NCBI GenBank assembly: GCA_047639315.1
Contig: JBLINQ010000005.1
Span: 337 to 64,336 of the forward strand
Origin: Planctomycetota bacterium
GTDB taxonomy: Bacteria; Planctomycetota; GCA-002687715; DRQF01
Reading direction: 5' to 3'
Length of the DNA stretch: 64,000 nt
Shown: piece after piece, positions 1-12,296 of the stretch
How positions within the stretch are numbered: the stretch's first letter is position 1
How the letters are laid out: every line of letters begins with the position of its first letter
Notes under the pieces: generated by a model
What the model saw: the letters and a program-made list of their open reading frames with translations, nothing else
Databases searched by the model: none
What the model was told of the DNA's origin: nothing
Position numbers and translations under genes: made by a program

Positions 1-998
1 TCGCTAAACCGGGAGCTGCCGCGGCTCCCGGTATTGCCGCCCACCATCCCATCTTGGATGCGCGAATGGGCATCACCAATGACGATGTGCTGTTGTCGGA
101 TGAAGAGCTAGAGACCATCGGCGCAAACTACGTCCAATTGGCCAAACTCGCCCATGAAGTTGGCTTTTCTTTCGTCGACGTCAAATGCTGCCATGGTTAC
201 TTGCTTCACGAACTGCTGGGCGCGCGAACTAGGCCTGGCCCTTATGGCGGCTCGTTCGACAATCGAACACGCCTCTTTCGGCAGATCGTGGATAGCATCA
301 GAAGAGAATGCCCAGGACTTGAAATAGCCGTCCGCATCTCAATCGCCGACGTCTTTCCATTCTCTAAGAACAAGCAGACCGGCATCGGTGAGCCACAGGG
401 TTGGGACGCCGAATTGCCCTTCGAATTTGGCTTTGGCCTGAATCCAGACAACCCAAGAGAGCTTAGCTTGGATGAGCCCTTTCAGTTTCTCTCCTTGCTT
501 CGTTCCATGGGCTTGACCTTCGTCAACCTCTCGCTCGGTTCACCCTATTACTGCCCACACATCCAAAGACCAGCGGCTTTTCCGCCTAGTGACGGCTATC
601 TTCCACCAGAAGATCCGCTAACGGGAGTAACCAAACACTTGAGGGTGGTCAGGGAATGCAAGCAAGCGTTCCCCGATCTCACCATCGTTGGGTCGGGCTA
701 TAGCTATCTGCAAGAACAGCTCCCTTATGTGGCACAGCATGAAGTAAGAAACGGGCACGTCGATTTTGTGGGCTTGGGTCGCATGGTTCTCTCCTATCCC
801 GAACTGCCCGACGACATTCTCAACAAGCGCACACTGGCAAAGAAGAAGTTTTGCCGAACCTTCAGCGACTGCACCACAGCTCCCAGACACGGACTTTTGA
901 GCGGCTGCTATCCATTGGATCCTTACTATCAGGAGCTTCCGGAAGCGAGCCAGGTCAAGGACATCAAACGCAAGATCCGACGCGAGAATAACTCATGA
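1..998 (+). CDS. NADH:flavin oxidoreductase / Old Yellow Enzyme-family protein; the 5' end lies outside the window
   Basis: The frame is open from the window edge to the stop at 996-998. The motif FVDVKCCHGYLLHELL...GPYGGSFDNRTRL is typical of OYE / 2,4-dienoyl-CoA-reductase-like TIM-barrel flavoenzymes. Confidence 0.75.
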   Translation, partial: AKPGAAAAPGIAAHHPILDARMGITNDDVLLSDEELETIGANYVQLAKLAHEVGFSFVDVKCCHGYLLHELLGARTRPGPYGGSFDNRTRLFRQIVDSIRRECPGLEIAVRISIADVFPFSKNKQTGIGEPQGWDAELPFEFGFGLNPDNPRELSLDEPFQFLSLLRSMGLTFVNLSLGSPYYCPHIQRPAAFPPSDGYLPPEDPLTGVTKHLRVVRECKQAFPDLTIVGSGYSYLQEQLPYVAQHEVRNGHVDFVGLGRMVLSYPELPDDILNKRTLAKKKFCRTFSDCTTAPRHGLLSGCYPLDPYYQELPEASQVKDIKRKIRRENNS

Positions 999-2419
999 GC
1001 CATGATGCAAGCGAAGAGCAAGACCTCGGTAGATATCAACAAGGCTTGCGCATGGCGAATCCTCGCAGCGAGGAAGAGTTGGCAGCTGAAGCGGCTTATC
1101 TAACGGGGCTCGAAGATGCTTCATGGCTGAAACGCAATCTCGGATTCCTGAAACTGTCCGGCCCTGGCTACATGCAAAGTGCCATGACGCTGGGTGGGGG
1201 CACGGCAGCTTCGAGTCTCTTCGCTGGGGCCTTTTTCGGATATCAGCTTCTGTGGGTCGGACCCGTGGCTATGCTCCTCGGCATCATCATGCTCTCGGCT
1301 GTCTCGCACCAAACACTGTCAACGGGAGAACGCCCCTTCGAATCGATGCGGCGCTTTGCGGGCACTCCCTTCGCATGGGCGTGGGCAATTGGCGCTCTCT
1401 TGTCATCCATCGTCTGGCACTTCCCCCAGTACTCTCTGTCGTCTGCCTTCTTGGTTGATCTGGCGAGCGTCTCTGGTCTCGGGGAAGTCTCTCAGGGCTG
1501 GATGGGAATCTTAGTGCTGGTTTGGGCCATTCTTCTATCAGTGATTTATGGCAAGTCGGCGGCCATGGTGCGTATGTACGAGAGAATCCTGAAGTACATG
1601 GTTTGGGGCATCGTACTCAGCTTCGGTTACGTGGTCGTAAAGACTGGCATCAGTGATTGGGGCGCGCTATTCCGCGGCTTTGTCGCTTTTGACGCATCCG
1701 GTGAACGTGGCCAAGTGGCGGCTATCACCCTTGTGATCAGTGGACTCGCGGCAGCCGTGGGCGTCAACATGCTCTTCCTCTATCCCTACAGCTTGCTCGC
1801 CCGTGGCTGGAAAAGGGAACATCGAAAGCTCGCACGCTTTGATCTCTTTGCTGGGATGCTCCTCCCCTACACCTTGGCGACCAGCTTGATGATTATTGCC
1901 ACGGCCAACACGCTTCATCTTGACCCGACCTTGGGGACTGACCTGAGACCGGGGCAGGCCGCGCAAACGCTTGCTATGTCGTTGGGCTCCGGATTTGGGC
2001 GCATCATTTTCGACATTGGCATCATTGCCATGGCCCTCAGTTCAATCACACTTCAAATGGTCACGTCCGGATTCGTTTGCACTGAGCTCTTCGGGTGGTC
2101 AGTTGGCAGTGGCAAGTACCGGCTGGCGACATTCCTCCCGGTTCCTGGTGTCTTGGGCGCCTTCTACTGGAGCGACATCGCGATTTGGGTCGCGGTACCA
2201 ACCAACATCCTGTGCGGACTCTTTCTTCCTGCGGCTTACATCGGCTTCATCTTGTTGCAGAAGAACCGCGACTACTTGGGAGACGACACCCCAAGTGGCG
2301 CCAAGGGGAAAGCCTGGCTCGGCGGCATGATCTTCAGCACGATCACACTCATAACTTTCTTGGGGTGGTATGCTTTCACCAAGGGTCCGGGCTACTTCGA
2401 CGCGATCTTCGGAAGTTAG
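995..2419 (+). CDS. NRAMP-family-like multi-pass membrane transporter
   Basis: 474-aa ORF with about 11 hydrophobic segments. The N-terminal GPGYMQSAMTLGGG motif resembles the NRAMP/MntH family. Its ATGA start overlaps the upstream stop. Confidence 0.6.
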   Translation: MSHDASEEQDLGRYQQGLRMANPRSEEELAAEAAYLTGLEDASWLKRNLGFLKLSGPGYMQSAMTLGGGTAASSLFAGAFFGYQLLWVGPVAMLLGIIMLSAVSHQTLSTGERPFESMRRFAGTPFAWAWAIGALLSSIVWHFPQYSLSSAFLVDLASVSGLGEVSQGWMGILVLVWAILLSVIYGKSAAMVRMYERILKYMVWGIVLSFGYVVVKTGISDWGALFRGFVAFDASGERGQVAAITLVISGLAAAVGVNMLFLYPYSLLARGWKREHRKLARFDLFAGMLLPYTLATSLMIIATANTLHLDPTLGTDLRPGQAAQTLAMSLGSGFGRIIFDIGIIAMALSSITLQMVTSGFVCTELFGWSVGSGKYRLATFLPVPGVLGAFYWSDIAIWVAVPTNILCGLFLPAAYIGFILLQKNRDYLGDDTPSGAKGKAWLGGMIFSTITLITFLGWYAFTKGPGYFDAIFGS

Positions 2420-2423
2420 ACAA

Positions 2424-3623
2424 ATGCGCGATGACCAAGAAATGAAACTCGACGATGCACTCCTCGATCACATCAAGGAAGAGGCCAGTCAATTAGGCGA
2501 AGCCACCCCAACGCGATTGGCGTACGCAGCAGCTCACATTGTCCTTCAAGATGAATACGCTTCGTGCTCGCATTCGCTGGAGCAACCTGGAGCGCCAGAA
2601 GAAATCGCACCCTTCATTGACTGGCAAGCCACCATGAACCTACGCGTTCATTTGAATTCGCTGGGTTTTGGTATCGCCGAAGCCATGGACACGGCGCAGC
2701 GTTTCTTCTTGGGTTGGGATCTTGCTTTGAAGCTCATCCAAGGATGTGGAGCGCTTAACCTCAAGAACGGCTTCATTGCTGGAGCCGGAGTTGATCATCT
2801 AACAAACGAAAACCGCAAGAATGCCAGCGACGATGAGATCATTGATGGTGTTGTCTATCAGGCCCAAGAGATTCAGAAAGCGGACGGCCAAGTCATCATC
2901 CTGCCCATCGTCTCTCTTGCTGAGAAGCAGCGCTCCGAAGACGACTACGTTCACCTCTACGGCGAGATCATCAAGAAACTCAATGGCCCCATTTTCATTC
3001 ACTGGCTGGGAGAGATGTTTCTCCCTGAACTGGGAGGCTATTTTCCTGGCGAGAGTTTTCTTCGGGTCATGGCCCTTGATTGTGAGAAAGTAAGAGGGGC
3101 CAAACTCTCGCTCCTCGACGACAAATTCGAATGTGAAATGAGGCAAGCTCTTCTGCCCCACGCCCAGATCATCTTGACAGGCGACGACTTCCATTTTGGC
3201 AAACTCATCCACGGAAGCGGCAGATCAGAACCACCAGCTGTTGAGAGTTGGACAAGCATCGGTGGTCGCCGCGTTGCCCTCGGTGATTTTAGCCACGCCC
3301 TTCTCGGAGTTCTCGATGCAGTCGCGACTCCAGCATCCTTGGCGCTCAGGTTTCTTACCCACGGCAACAGCCAACGTTACTTCGAGCTCATGAATCCCTG
3401 TGAAGAACTCGGCCAATGGCTCTTTGGGGAGCCAACTCGCCACTACAAAGCCGGCCTGGCCTTCCTCTCCTGGCTGAACGGCCATCAAGGAAACGCCCTC
3501 CTCATCAACCATGAAGAGCGAGCCCGAGACAGAACCCATTACTTGACGGCTGCTCAGCTCGCGAATCGTGCCGGCGTGTTCACCAATGCGGCAGTTGCCA
3601 ACGCTCGCTTGCGGGATGGATAG
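2424..3623 (+). CDS. conserved hypothetical protein (possibly a DUF993-type TIM-barrel; family recalled from memory, not verified)
   Basis: Long ORF. I chose the ATG at 2424, 5 nt after the upstream stop. The track start at 2370 would overlap the transporter gene by 50 nt. Confidence 0.5.
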   Translation: MRDDQEMKLDDALLDHIKEEASQLGEATPTRLAYAAAHIVLQDEYASCSHSLEQPGAPEEIAPFIDWQATMNLRVHLNSLGFGIAEAMDTAQRFFLGWDLALKLIQGCGALNLKNGFIAGAGVDHLTNENRKNASDDEIIDGVVYQAQEIQKADGQVIILPIVSLAEKQRSEDDYVHLYGEIIKKLNGPIFIHWLGEMFLPELGGYFPGESFLRVMALDCEKVRGAKLSLLDDKFECEMRQALLPHAQIILTGDDFHFGKLIHGSGRSEPPAVESWTSIGGRRVALGDFSHALLGVLDAVATPASLALRFLTHGNSQRYFELMNPCEELGQWLFGEPTRHYKAGLAFLSWLNGHQGNALLINHEERARDRTHYLTAAQLANRAGVFTNAAVANARLRDG

Positions 3624-3647
3624 CCGATAGTCCGCGAACGCAGCCCT

Positions 3648-3678
3648 AAAAAAAACCCGCTGGCTTACGCCAACGGGG
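3648..3678 (-). terminator. intrinsic terminator downstream of katG
   Basis: On the minus strand, CCCCGTTGGC-GTAA-GCCAGCGGG forms a 9-bp stem with 1 mismatch and is followed by T8. It lies 34 nt after the katG stop. Confidence 0.7.
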
Positions 3679-3711
3679 TGTCTTGCTTAGACCTAAAACC
3701 TGTTGCCCAAA

Positions 3712-6363
<2,652 letters not shown>

Positions 6364-6369
6364 TCACAT

Positions 6370-6387
6370 TTTTTTTTGGGGGGGGGA
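6370..6387. repeat. T9G9 abutting homopolymer tracts
   Basis: Direct read: nine T at 6370-6378 immediately followed by nine G at 6379-6387, in the intergenic region about 250 bp upstream of katG. Confidence 0.95.
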
Positions 6388-6512
6388 GACTTTCGATTTG
6401 TGGAGAGAGAAGAATCGGCCCAAATCCGCTCAAACGCAACTTGCGCTCAACCCGGGAAAATGGGGATCTCGGTGAGCAATCAAACGTGCCATCTTAGAGC
6501 GATCAAAACAGA

Positions 6513-6719
6513 TCAATCGGGCCCCTCAGCATCACTCTTTTTGTCGTCGCTGTCGCCAGGTTCACGGGCCGACTCTGACAATCGAGAACGACCGCTGATG
6601 ATGATGAGAAGAACGATGAGCCCCAGGAGCACGAGTACGCTGCCAAAGATAGCCCCACCATTGGTGCTCGCCCACCCAGCAAATTCTTCGAAAACCCTGG
6701 GGGAAGTTGGATCGGGCAT
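6513..6719 (-). CDS. small single-pass membrane protein, hypothetical
   Basis: 68 aa from the ATG at 6719, preceded by GAGGA. The central hydrophobic helix is GGAIFGSVLVLLGLIVLLIII and the C-terminal tail is acidic. Confidence 0.4.
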   Translation of the reverse strand: MPDPTSPRVFEEFAGWASTNGGAIFGSVLVLLGLIVLLIIISGRSRLSESAREPGDSDDKKSDAEGPD

Positions 6720-7081
6720 CGCTTGGTTTCCTCGTTGTTCCTGAGACGTTTGACTCGCCTGCAAAGCGTATTCTACGACTTACTTGTGGATCACTCCCAT
6801 CGTTCTACACCCGCGAAGCCACCACAGGTCTATCATACTGATCGAATCCGCCGACAACAGATATGACCTAAGGAGTTATGAACGACACTGGGAATAACGC
6901 CAGACCAAGGAGTTTCCTTTTGCCAGCCCCCCGCATCTGCTCACGCTTTACCCACAGGCGTCGCTCAAGACACAACATCCCAGTACGGGTGAATTCAATC
7001 TCCGTCGAGATCTCTTGTGAACAATGAGACACCAAGATTCGGTGCGCACTCATCAACATATTCGGCGAGTTTGGCCGCTCG

Positions 7082-7933
7082 ATGCGAGAGAGCAAATTGC
7101 CGCAAAGCTCTGCTGGCGCTTTGCCTTATCGTCTCTGTCTGCACTGGATTGAGTGCTCAATTTCCCTAAATTCTCTACCTAAAATTCATGAGGGCTCAGG
7201 AGTCACAACGAGCGATCTCTCGGTTCCCGGCGTGCCTGAAACATCCGTCGCCGTGGCCTCGAGCACGAACTGGTAATCAGTGCGGCCTAAGCTTGGCAAT
7301 TCATGTTTTGATCCAAGGCATACCGGCCTATTTGGCACCGCCTGTCAGACCAATGTAGATTAGTCTACGAGTGGCGATTGGACGATCGAATGCTGGGTCA
7401 AAAGGACTGGGTCAAACGGATCATTCCTGGTCGGGTCTGACTTTTACACCTCGAACCATTCACCGATCATCAGCGATACTGGGACCAACAATTTCAACAG
7501 GTTGCTTCTCAGGCCGAACGGTTTCAATTCCATCACCGCGAACGAAACCCCCGCCCCAAATACTTGGCAGCATGTCGCCTTCGTGCACGACTCAGTTGAA
7601 TTGACACCTACGACATTCGTTCACAGTGTCAAACAAAGGTCCGTATGGCAGGTGGCAAGAGTCCCCTGGCAGACCGAAGGCTGCGATGGGTTCTTCATTT
7701 GAGGAACGTCGCAATTTCTCTGGGATGGCCTCCTGGATGAATTTCGAATCTGGGGCCGTGTTCTAAGTGAAGCAGAAATCAACTATGGCAGAGACATCGA
7801 GCTGACCGCTAAATCAATCGACCTTGGAGTTGTCAAGGTCATCACTCCGGCCGTTGTGCTACATCAAAGCCCCTATATTCCAATATCCTCGTCGGAAGTG
7901 ATGGGGGTGCGCAGGACTCGTGCAAGGCATTGA
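7082..7933 (+). pseudogene. LamG / concanavalin-A-like domain gene relic interrupted by three in-frame stop codons
   Basis: A single frame reads ...DWTIECWVK...NTWQHVAFVHD...LLDEFRIWGRVLSEAEI, which are LamG hallmarks. That frame contains TAA at 7274, TAG at 7361 and TGA at 7700. No plausible N-terminus is present. Confidence 0.55.
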
Positions 7934-8102
7934 GAGCGCGAGACGCCAAGTCGATGAGGATCTTGCTGAAACTCTCGAATCAACAGACAAAAGGCTTAGA
8001 GAAGCTCATAGGGATGGTTGATTCTTAGGACTTGAATGGTGAGAGCCGTAACTCTCACCATTCGATTCCCCGGCTCAGCAGATCGACATAGGACTGTCCG
8101 TA

Positions 8103-8597
8103 TTACTTAAGATCCTGTCCCAACCAACAGTCCTGAGTCGACATGCCCTTAGCTCCGGCAGCTTTCGCGTGCAGGAATAATTGCATGCGATAGGCAGTCA
8201 TGAATTTCAACGTCGTATTGACGAGTGCGTCACCGAGCGCGGCCTCGCCACCCCATGGATAAGTCACCTTGCGAGTCGTCAAGTCTTCGTCGCTTACCTC
8301 GACCAAGATTTCCTCGATCTTTGCAGCCTGACGATCAGCCTGAGCAGGAAAATCAGCTGGGGCCACATCTCCATCGCCACTCTCAGAGTGAACTTCTTTG
8401 AACTTATCCCAACCGTGAATGGCGCAGTAGGTCGGCAACCAGCCACATGAGCCGATGTAATTCAGCAGCTCTTCGGTATTCCGCGATCCATCAGACAAGC
8501 GGAAATCCATCGTTCCTTCGGGAATCTTGCCGTGGATGTGCTTCAGGACCTTGGTTTCATGGCGAATTGATTCAAGAAATTGATTGCGATCGAACAT
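8103..8597 (-). CDS. DinB-superfamily-like protein (helical bundle), function uncertain
   Basis: 164 aa from the ATG at 8597, with GGAGA 7 nt upstream. The track start at 8786 would run into the divergent promoter region. Confidence 0.5.
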   Translation of the reverse strand: MFDRNQFLESIRHETKVLKHIHGKIPEGTMDFRLSDGSRNTEELLNYIGSCGWLPTYCAIHGWDKFKEVHSESGDGDVAPADFPAQADRQAAKIEEILVEVSDEDLTTRKVTYPWGGEAALGDALVNTTLKFMTAYRMQLFLHAKAAGAKGMSTQDCWLGQDLK

Positions 8598-8788
8598 GGG
8601 GGTATCTCCAGTGAATGCTGACTCTCTTGGGTGCACAACCATGCCGAATCCGTGGGCGATGAAATTATTCCGAATCAAAGGCCTAATTCGATGGTGTGCC
8701 TCGACAATGATATAATGAAAATCTGAGAAGCCAAAACCCAGCGAGAGAATCACGAGCCTATTCGGATCCGTGTCGGCAAAGACCATAA

Positions 8789-9196
8789 ATGAAAATCACA
8801 GCATTTCACCACGTCTGTATTCAAACAGAGCACTATCGTGAGTCGCTCGACTTCTATGTCCAAGGACTTGGATTCGAGATCGTCCACGAGAGCGCTGGTT
8901 TCCATACGCGCGACTTCAACACCTGGCTACGAGGCGGCGGTATGATGATCGAGCTGCAGACACCCAAGGCCGGGACAAATTTCCGTCCATGGTCGAAGAA
9001 CAACGCTGGACCGGTTCATATCTGCTTTGTCGTCGAGAACGTCGAAGACGCCTATCAAGAACTGAAAAATGCAGGGTTCCACGACTTCAAGAACAAGAAC
9101 GGCCAAGAGATCTACGAGATCCTCGGCTCAAAGCTCTTCAAAGTCTGTGCCCCAGAAGGCACCGAGATCGAAATCCGTGATACGGCTGAGCTGTGA
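8789..9196 (+). CDS. VOC (glyoxalase/bleomycin-resistance/dioxygenase) family protein
   Basis: The N-terminus MKITAFHHVCIQTEHYRESLDFYVQGLGFE is typical of VOC fold proteins; 135 aa. Confidence 0.75.
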   Translation: MKITAFHHVCIQTEHYRESLDFYVQGLGFEIVHESAGFHTRDFNTWLRGGGMMIELQTPKAGTNFRPWSKNNAGPVHICFVVENVEDAYQELKNAGFHDFKNKNGQEIYEILGSKLFKVCAPEGTEIEIRDTAEL

Positions 9197-9203
9197 AAGA
9201 AAA

Positions 9204-10445
9204 ATGGTGACTACCCTTATGATTAAATCGAATCTGCTCCCACTCGCCTTCTTCTTCTGTTTCTTAACAGGAAACGTAGATGCCCAAGCGCTCAAAGTCT
9301 ATGTGCTGTGTGGGCAGTCGAACATGCAGGGCCACGCGAAGGTCGAGACCATTGATTACATTGGCGATGACCTCAAGACCAAGCCTCTCCTTAAGATGAT
9401 GCGGACGAAAAGAGGAAAACCCCGCGTCTGCAAGAATGTGTGGATCTCATATTTGACCGCCGACGGCAGCGGCAACGGCGAAGGATTCGGACAGTTGACG
9501 ACAGGCTATGGCGCTCGTCGAAATCCAAAGCAAGATGGCGGCAAGATCGGTCCCGAGTTTACTTTCGGACTGTGCATGGACAAGGCTACGAAAGAGCCCA
9601 TCCTTCTCATCAAAACAGCATGGGGTGGCAAGTCCTTGCACACGGACTTCCGCTCGCCTTCTTCGGGCCCCTATGAATTCACCGAACAACAGTTGGCGAA
9701 TTTTGCCAAGCAAAAGAAAGACATCGACAAAATCAAGGCCGAGAAGATTGCGGCCACCGGCAAGTACTATCGACTGATGATTGATCACGTAAGGAGCGTG
9801 CTGGCAGACATCAAGAGAGTCTACCCCAAGTACAATAAAAGGCGTGGCTTTGAGCTTGCCGGATTCGTTTGGTTCCAGGGCTTTAACGACCTGGTCGATC
9901 GAGACACCTACCCGAACCGCGAGAAGCCCGGCGGCTACGGTCAATACGGCAAAGGCCTTTCCGCCTTTATCCGTGACGTTCGAAAAGATCTCGCGACGCC
10001 GAAACTTCCCTTTGTCATAGGTGTCCTTGGCGTCAACGGCCCACTCGATGAGATGGGGCGCTACAAGGCAGTTTATCGCAACTTCCGTGCTGCGATGGCG
10101 GCACCAACGAAAGAACGCGAGTTCAAAGGCAACGTGGTCGCCGTGCAGACAGCACCCTATTGGGACATCCCCTTAGCCAAAATCGAAGCTAAGCTGGACC
10201 AAGTGAGAGAGCTCGAGAACAAGCTGCGCAGGAAACATAAAGACTCTGCCAATAAGAACGGCGACATGACCAAAGCCGAGCAGAAAGCACATGTGAAGAA
10301 ATTTCGCACGAAGCTCATCAGTAAACGCGAAGAGAAAGTCTACAAACGCGGCGCATCCAATGCCGGCTACCACTATCTCGGTTGTGCTAAGACGATGGCG
10401 CTGATTGGGGAAGCATTCGCCGGTGCCATGCTCAAGATGCAGTGA
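9204..10445 (+). CDS. secreted sialate O-acetylesterase-like (SASA/DUF303, SGNH-type) esterase
   Basis: A signal peptide follows the ATG at 9204 (LLPLAFFFCFLTGNVDAQA). The GQSNMQGH, TAWGGKSL and WFQGFND motifs are present, and the C-terminal tail is lysine-rich. Confidence 0.7.
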   Translation: MVTTLMIKSNLLPLAFFFCFLTGNVDAQALKVYVLCGQSNMQGHAKVETIDYIGDDLKTKPLLKMMRTKRGKPRVCKNVWISYLTADGSGNGEGFGQLTTGYGARRNPKQDGGKIGPEFTFGLCMDKATKEPILLIKTAWGGKSLHTDFRSPSSGPYEFTEQQLANFAKQKKDIDKIKAEKIAATGKYYRLMIDHVRSVLADIKRVYPKYNKRRGFELAGFVWFQGFNDLVDRDTYPNREKPGGYGQYGKGLSAFIRDVRKDLATPKLPFVIGVLGVNGPLDEMGRYKAVYRNFRAAMAAPTKEREFKGNVVAVQTAPYWDIPLAKIEAKLDQVRELENKLRRKHKDSANKNGDMTKAEQKAHVKKFRTKLISKREEKVYKRGASNAGYHYLGCAKTMALIGEAFAGAMLKMQ

Positions 10446-10460
10446 AAGCTCAAGTTCCTA

Positions 10461-10913
10461 CTAATTCGACAAGAACCGAACGAGCACGGCAAAAAGAAGA
10501 AGCATCTTCAGGGTCCAGAATACAGTTCGCAGCCAATTCGTCTTGACGAGCTTATCGATCTTCGCGGCGTCACGCTGCTGACTCAGCGTTTCATGTAGCG
10601 GTACGCTCAAGAAGAAGGTGCTGAGCCAAACGAGGACCACAAGGATCAAGTTGGCATAAACAAAGGGCGTCCAAAACGAGACGTCCACTCTCGGAACAAT
10701 CCAAACAAGAGCGATCCCGGTGATGAGTTCGATGACCATGGCGGGAATAACAACCCAACACATGGCACGAGTATGGAACTCCTCAAATTCGACAAAACGC
10801 TCAGGGTCTACCCAACGAAACGTCGGGTAGTGAACCAACTGGATGGTCCAGATGAGGCCAGTTAAATAGAGGGTCGTGCCACAATGAAGCAGAAAGACTA
10901 ATTGTGTGAGCAT
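10461..10913 (-). CDS. four-helix membrane protein (possibly DUF1772-like)
   Basis: 150-aa ORF with 4 hydrophobic segments. The family name is a tentative recollection. Confidence 0.45.
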   Translation of the reverse strand: MLTQLVFLLHCGTTLYLTGLIWTIQLVHYPTFRWVDPERFVEFEEFHTRAMCWVVIPAMVIELITGIALVWIVPRVDVSFWTPFVYANLILVVLVWLSTFFLSVPLHETLSQQRDAAKIDKLVKTNWLRTVFWTLKMLLLFAVLVRFLSN

Positions 10914-10994
10914 AGTTCAATGTTGCGCTGCGTCGGTCCAAGTGTCAGCATCCGCCGACACAATAATCTCTTCGAGGGCGAAAGACAAAACGCT

Positions 10995-11660
10995 TCAACC
11001 TTGTCGGTCGACCATGGCCTGAATCCAAATGGGAACGAAGGGAGAAATACATCCTTTGGAGACGGGATAGTCGCGGAAGACGCCCAATGATTCACCGATC
11101 TTCATGGCGCGTTTGCGATGCTTGGGGAAGTTGATGCCAATTTCTCCAAGCGCAAAATTCATCGTCCACTGAGTATCAGGAGCAGCGTCACCCATTTCCG
11201 ACTCAATTCGATCCAAGAGTCCCTTGAGGTCGAGTCCTTCTGGGCTTTTGACAATTCGGCTTGCGGTGAGATTCCAACCAGCGCGAGCAGCCCAAATGTC
11301 GTCTGTTTTCATCCAATCTTCGCGTAGGGCTTCCTTGTCGGGATGATTCTTGACGACATAAGAGTTCACCCAGTCGGCCAACTGCGGCACCGAAGCAGAG
11401 CGCACGATCGCGTCCATCTCTTCTGTCGATAGTGACGCCGGCTTGATCACCAGAGTTGCCAAGAGGCGGGCATCGAGATTCTCAGTATCCCAAAGCTCGA
11501 AGGCCAATTTGTGGTTGGTTCTAATCTTTTTGGAGAGCTTCCGGATATCGCCGAGCTTGACGCCATATTGATTGTCGCCGGCGCCATGCTTTGCGTTTCG
11601 CTTGTAGACTTTCTCGTCAGCAGCCGCCTTGAGTGTTCTGAGTGCTTCTTTGAGTTTCAT
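10995..11660 (-). CDS. DNA alkylation repair protein (AlkD-like HEAT-repeat family)
   Basis: From the ATG at 11660: MKLKEALRTLKAAADEKVYKRNAKHGAGDNQYGVKLGDIRKLSK..., the typical N-terminus of this family. Confidence 0.7.
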   Translation of the reverse strand: MKLKEALRTLKAAADEKVYKRNAKHGAGDNQYGVKLGDIRKLSKKIRTNHKLAFELWDTENLDARLLATLVIKPASLSTEEMDAIVRSASVPQLADWVNSYVVKNHPDKEALREDWMKTDDIWAARAGWNLTASRIVKSPEGLDLKGLLDRIESEMGDAAPDTQWTMNFALGEIGINFPKHRKRAMKIGESLGVFRDYPVSKGCISPFVPIWIQAMVDRQG

Positions 11661-11803
11661 GGCGTGATTATAGCAGCAGCGGCCATTTCTAAATAGTCCA
11701 TGACGCCGGTCCCGTGAAGGCATAGAGCCAATAACTGGCTTTCATTGGTTGGGCTATTAGAAAAATCCCAGCCGCTTGCTATAGATACTCGGGACTCAAT
11801 GAG

Positions 11804-12163
11804 TTGGAGCACGACATTGCCATGGCCGATGAAAAAATCGACAAGCCCGACAGCCCTTCAGGCGCGAAGTCATCTGCTGCTGGTGAAATCAGCCAAGGCG
11901 TTCATTTGGGGTGCGGAGGCCATGCTCTGGCCATCATCATCATCTTGGTGTTGGCGCAATTTTCGACGCATTTCTTCCTCGGTCTCGCGGCCATCGGCGT
12001 CCTGCAACTTCTCTATGTGATTCCATCCATCCGAGTGATGAAGAATTGGGGGCTGAGCCGCAACGTGCTCAGAGGTTTTTGGGCCACGGCTTGGGTCATG
12101 GTTGTGTTCAATGTCATTGGACTCGCCATTTGGAAGTTCGCTTGGCCAACTCTGATTAGTTAA
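11804..12163 (+). CDS. hypothetical membrane protein
   Basis: 119-aa ORF with three hydrophobic helices. The start is uncertain (alternative ATG at 11822). Confidence 0.4.
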   Translation: MEHDIAMADEKIDKPDSPSGAKSSAAGEISQGVHLGCGGHALAIIIILVLAQFSTHFFLGLAAIGVLQLLYVIPSIRVMKNWGLSRNVLRGFWATAWVMVVFNVIGLAIWKFAWPTLIS

Positions 12164-12296
12164 GACGCACACCATTACGTCCTCCGGATTAGATCGCAAC
12201 AAATCCTCCAATCCGGGTTTGTCTCATTGGAGAAGTTTCGGAAGAATGGTCCGAGACGCGTCCTAACGAAGAACGCCAAGACCAGTGAGTCAAACG

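Noticed and set aside
7700-7702. Selenocysteine or programmed readthrough at the in-frame TGA of the LamG relic
   Set aside because: The same frame also contains TAA and TAG stops, and no SECIS-like hairpin was obvious downstream. Pseudogenisation is the simpler explanation.
8034-8063. Perfect 12-bp hairpin (GAATGGTGAGAG-CCGTAA-CTCTCACCATTC) considered as an intrinsic terminator
   Set aside because: It lies between the LamG relic and the DinB-like gene, but no U-tract follows on either strand. It may still be a Rho-independent-like or processing hairpin, so it is not called as a feature.
8598-8786. N-terminal extension of the DinB-like ORF
   Set aside because: The ATG at 8597 has a good GGAGA ribosome-binding site. 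The extension would remove the divergent promoter space shared with the VOC gene at 8789.
9069-9203. Upstream extension of the SASA esterase ORF
   Set aside because: It would overlap the VOC gene by 128 nt in another frame. The ATG at 9204 gives a clean signal peptide right after the VOC stop.
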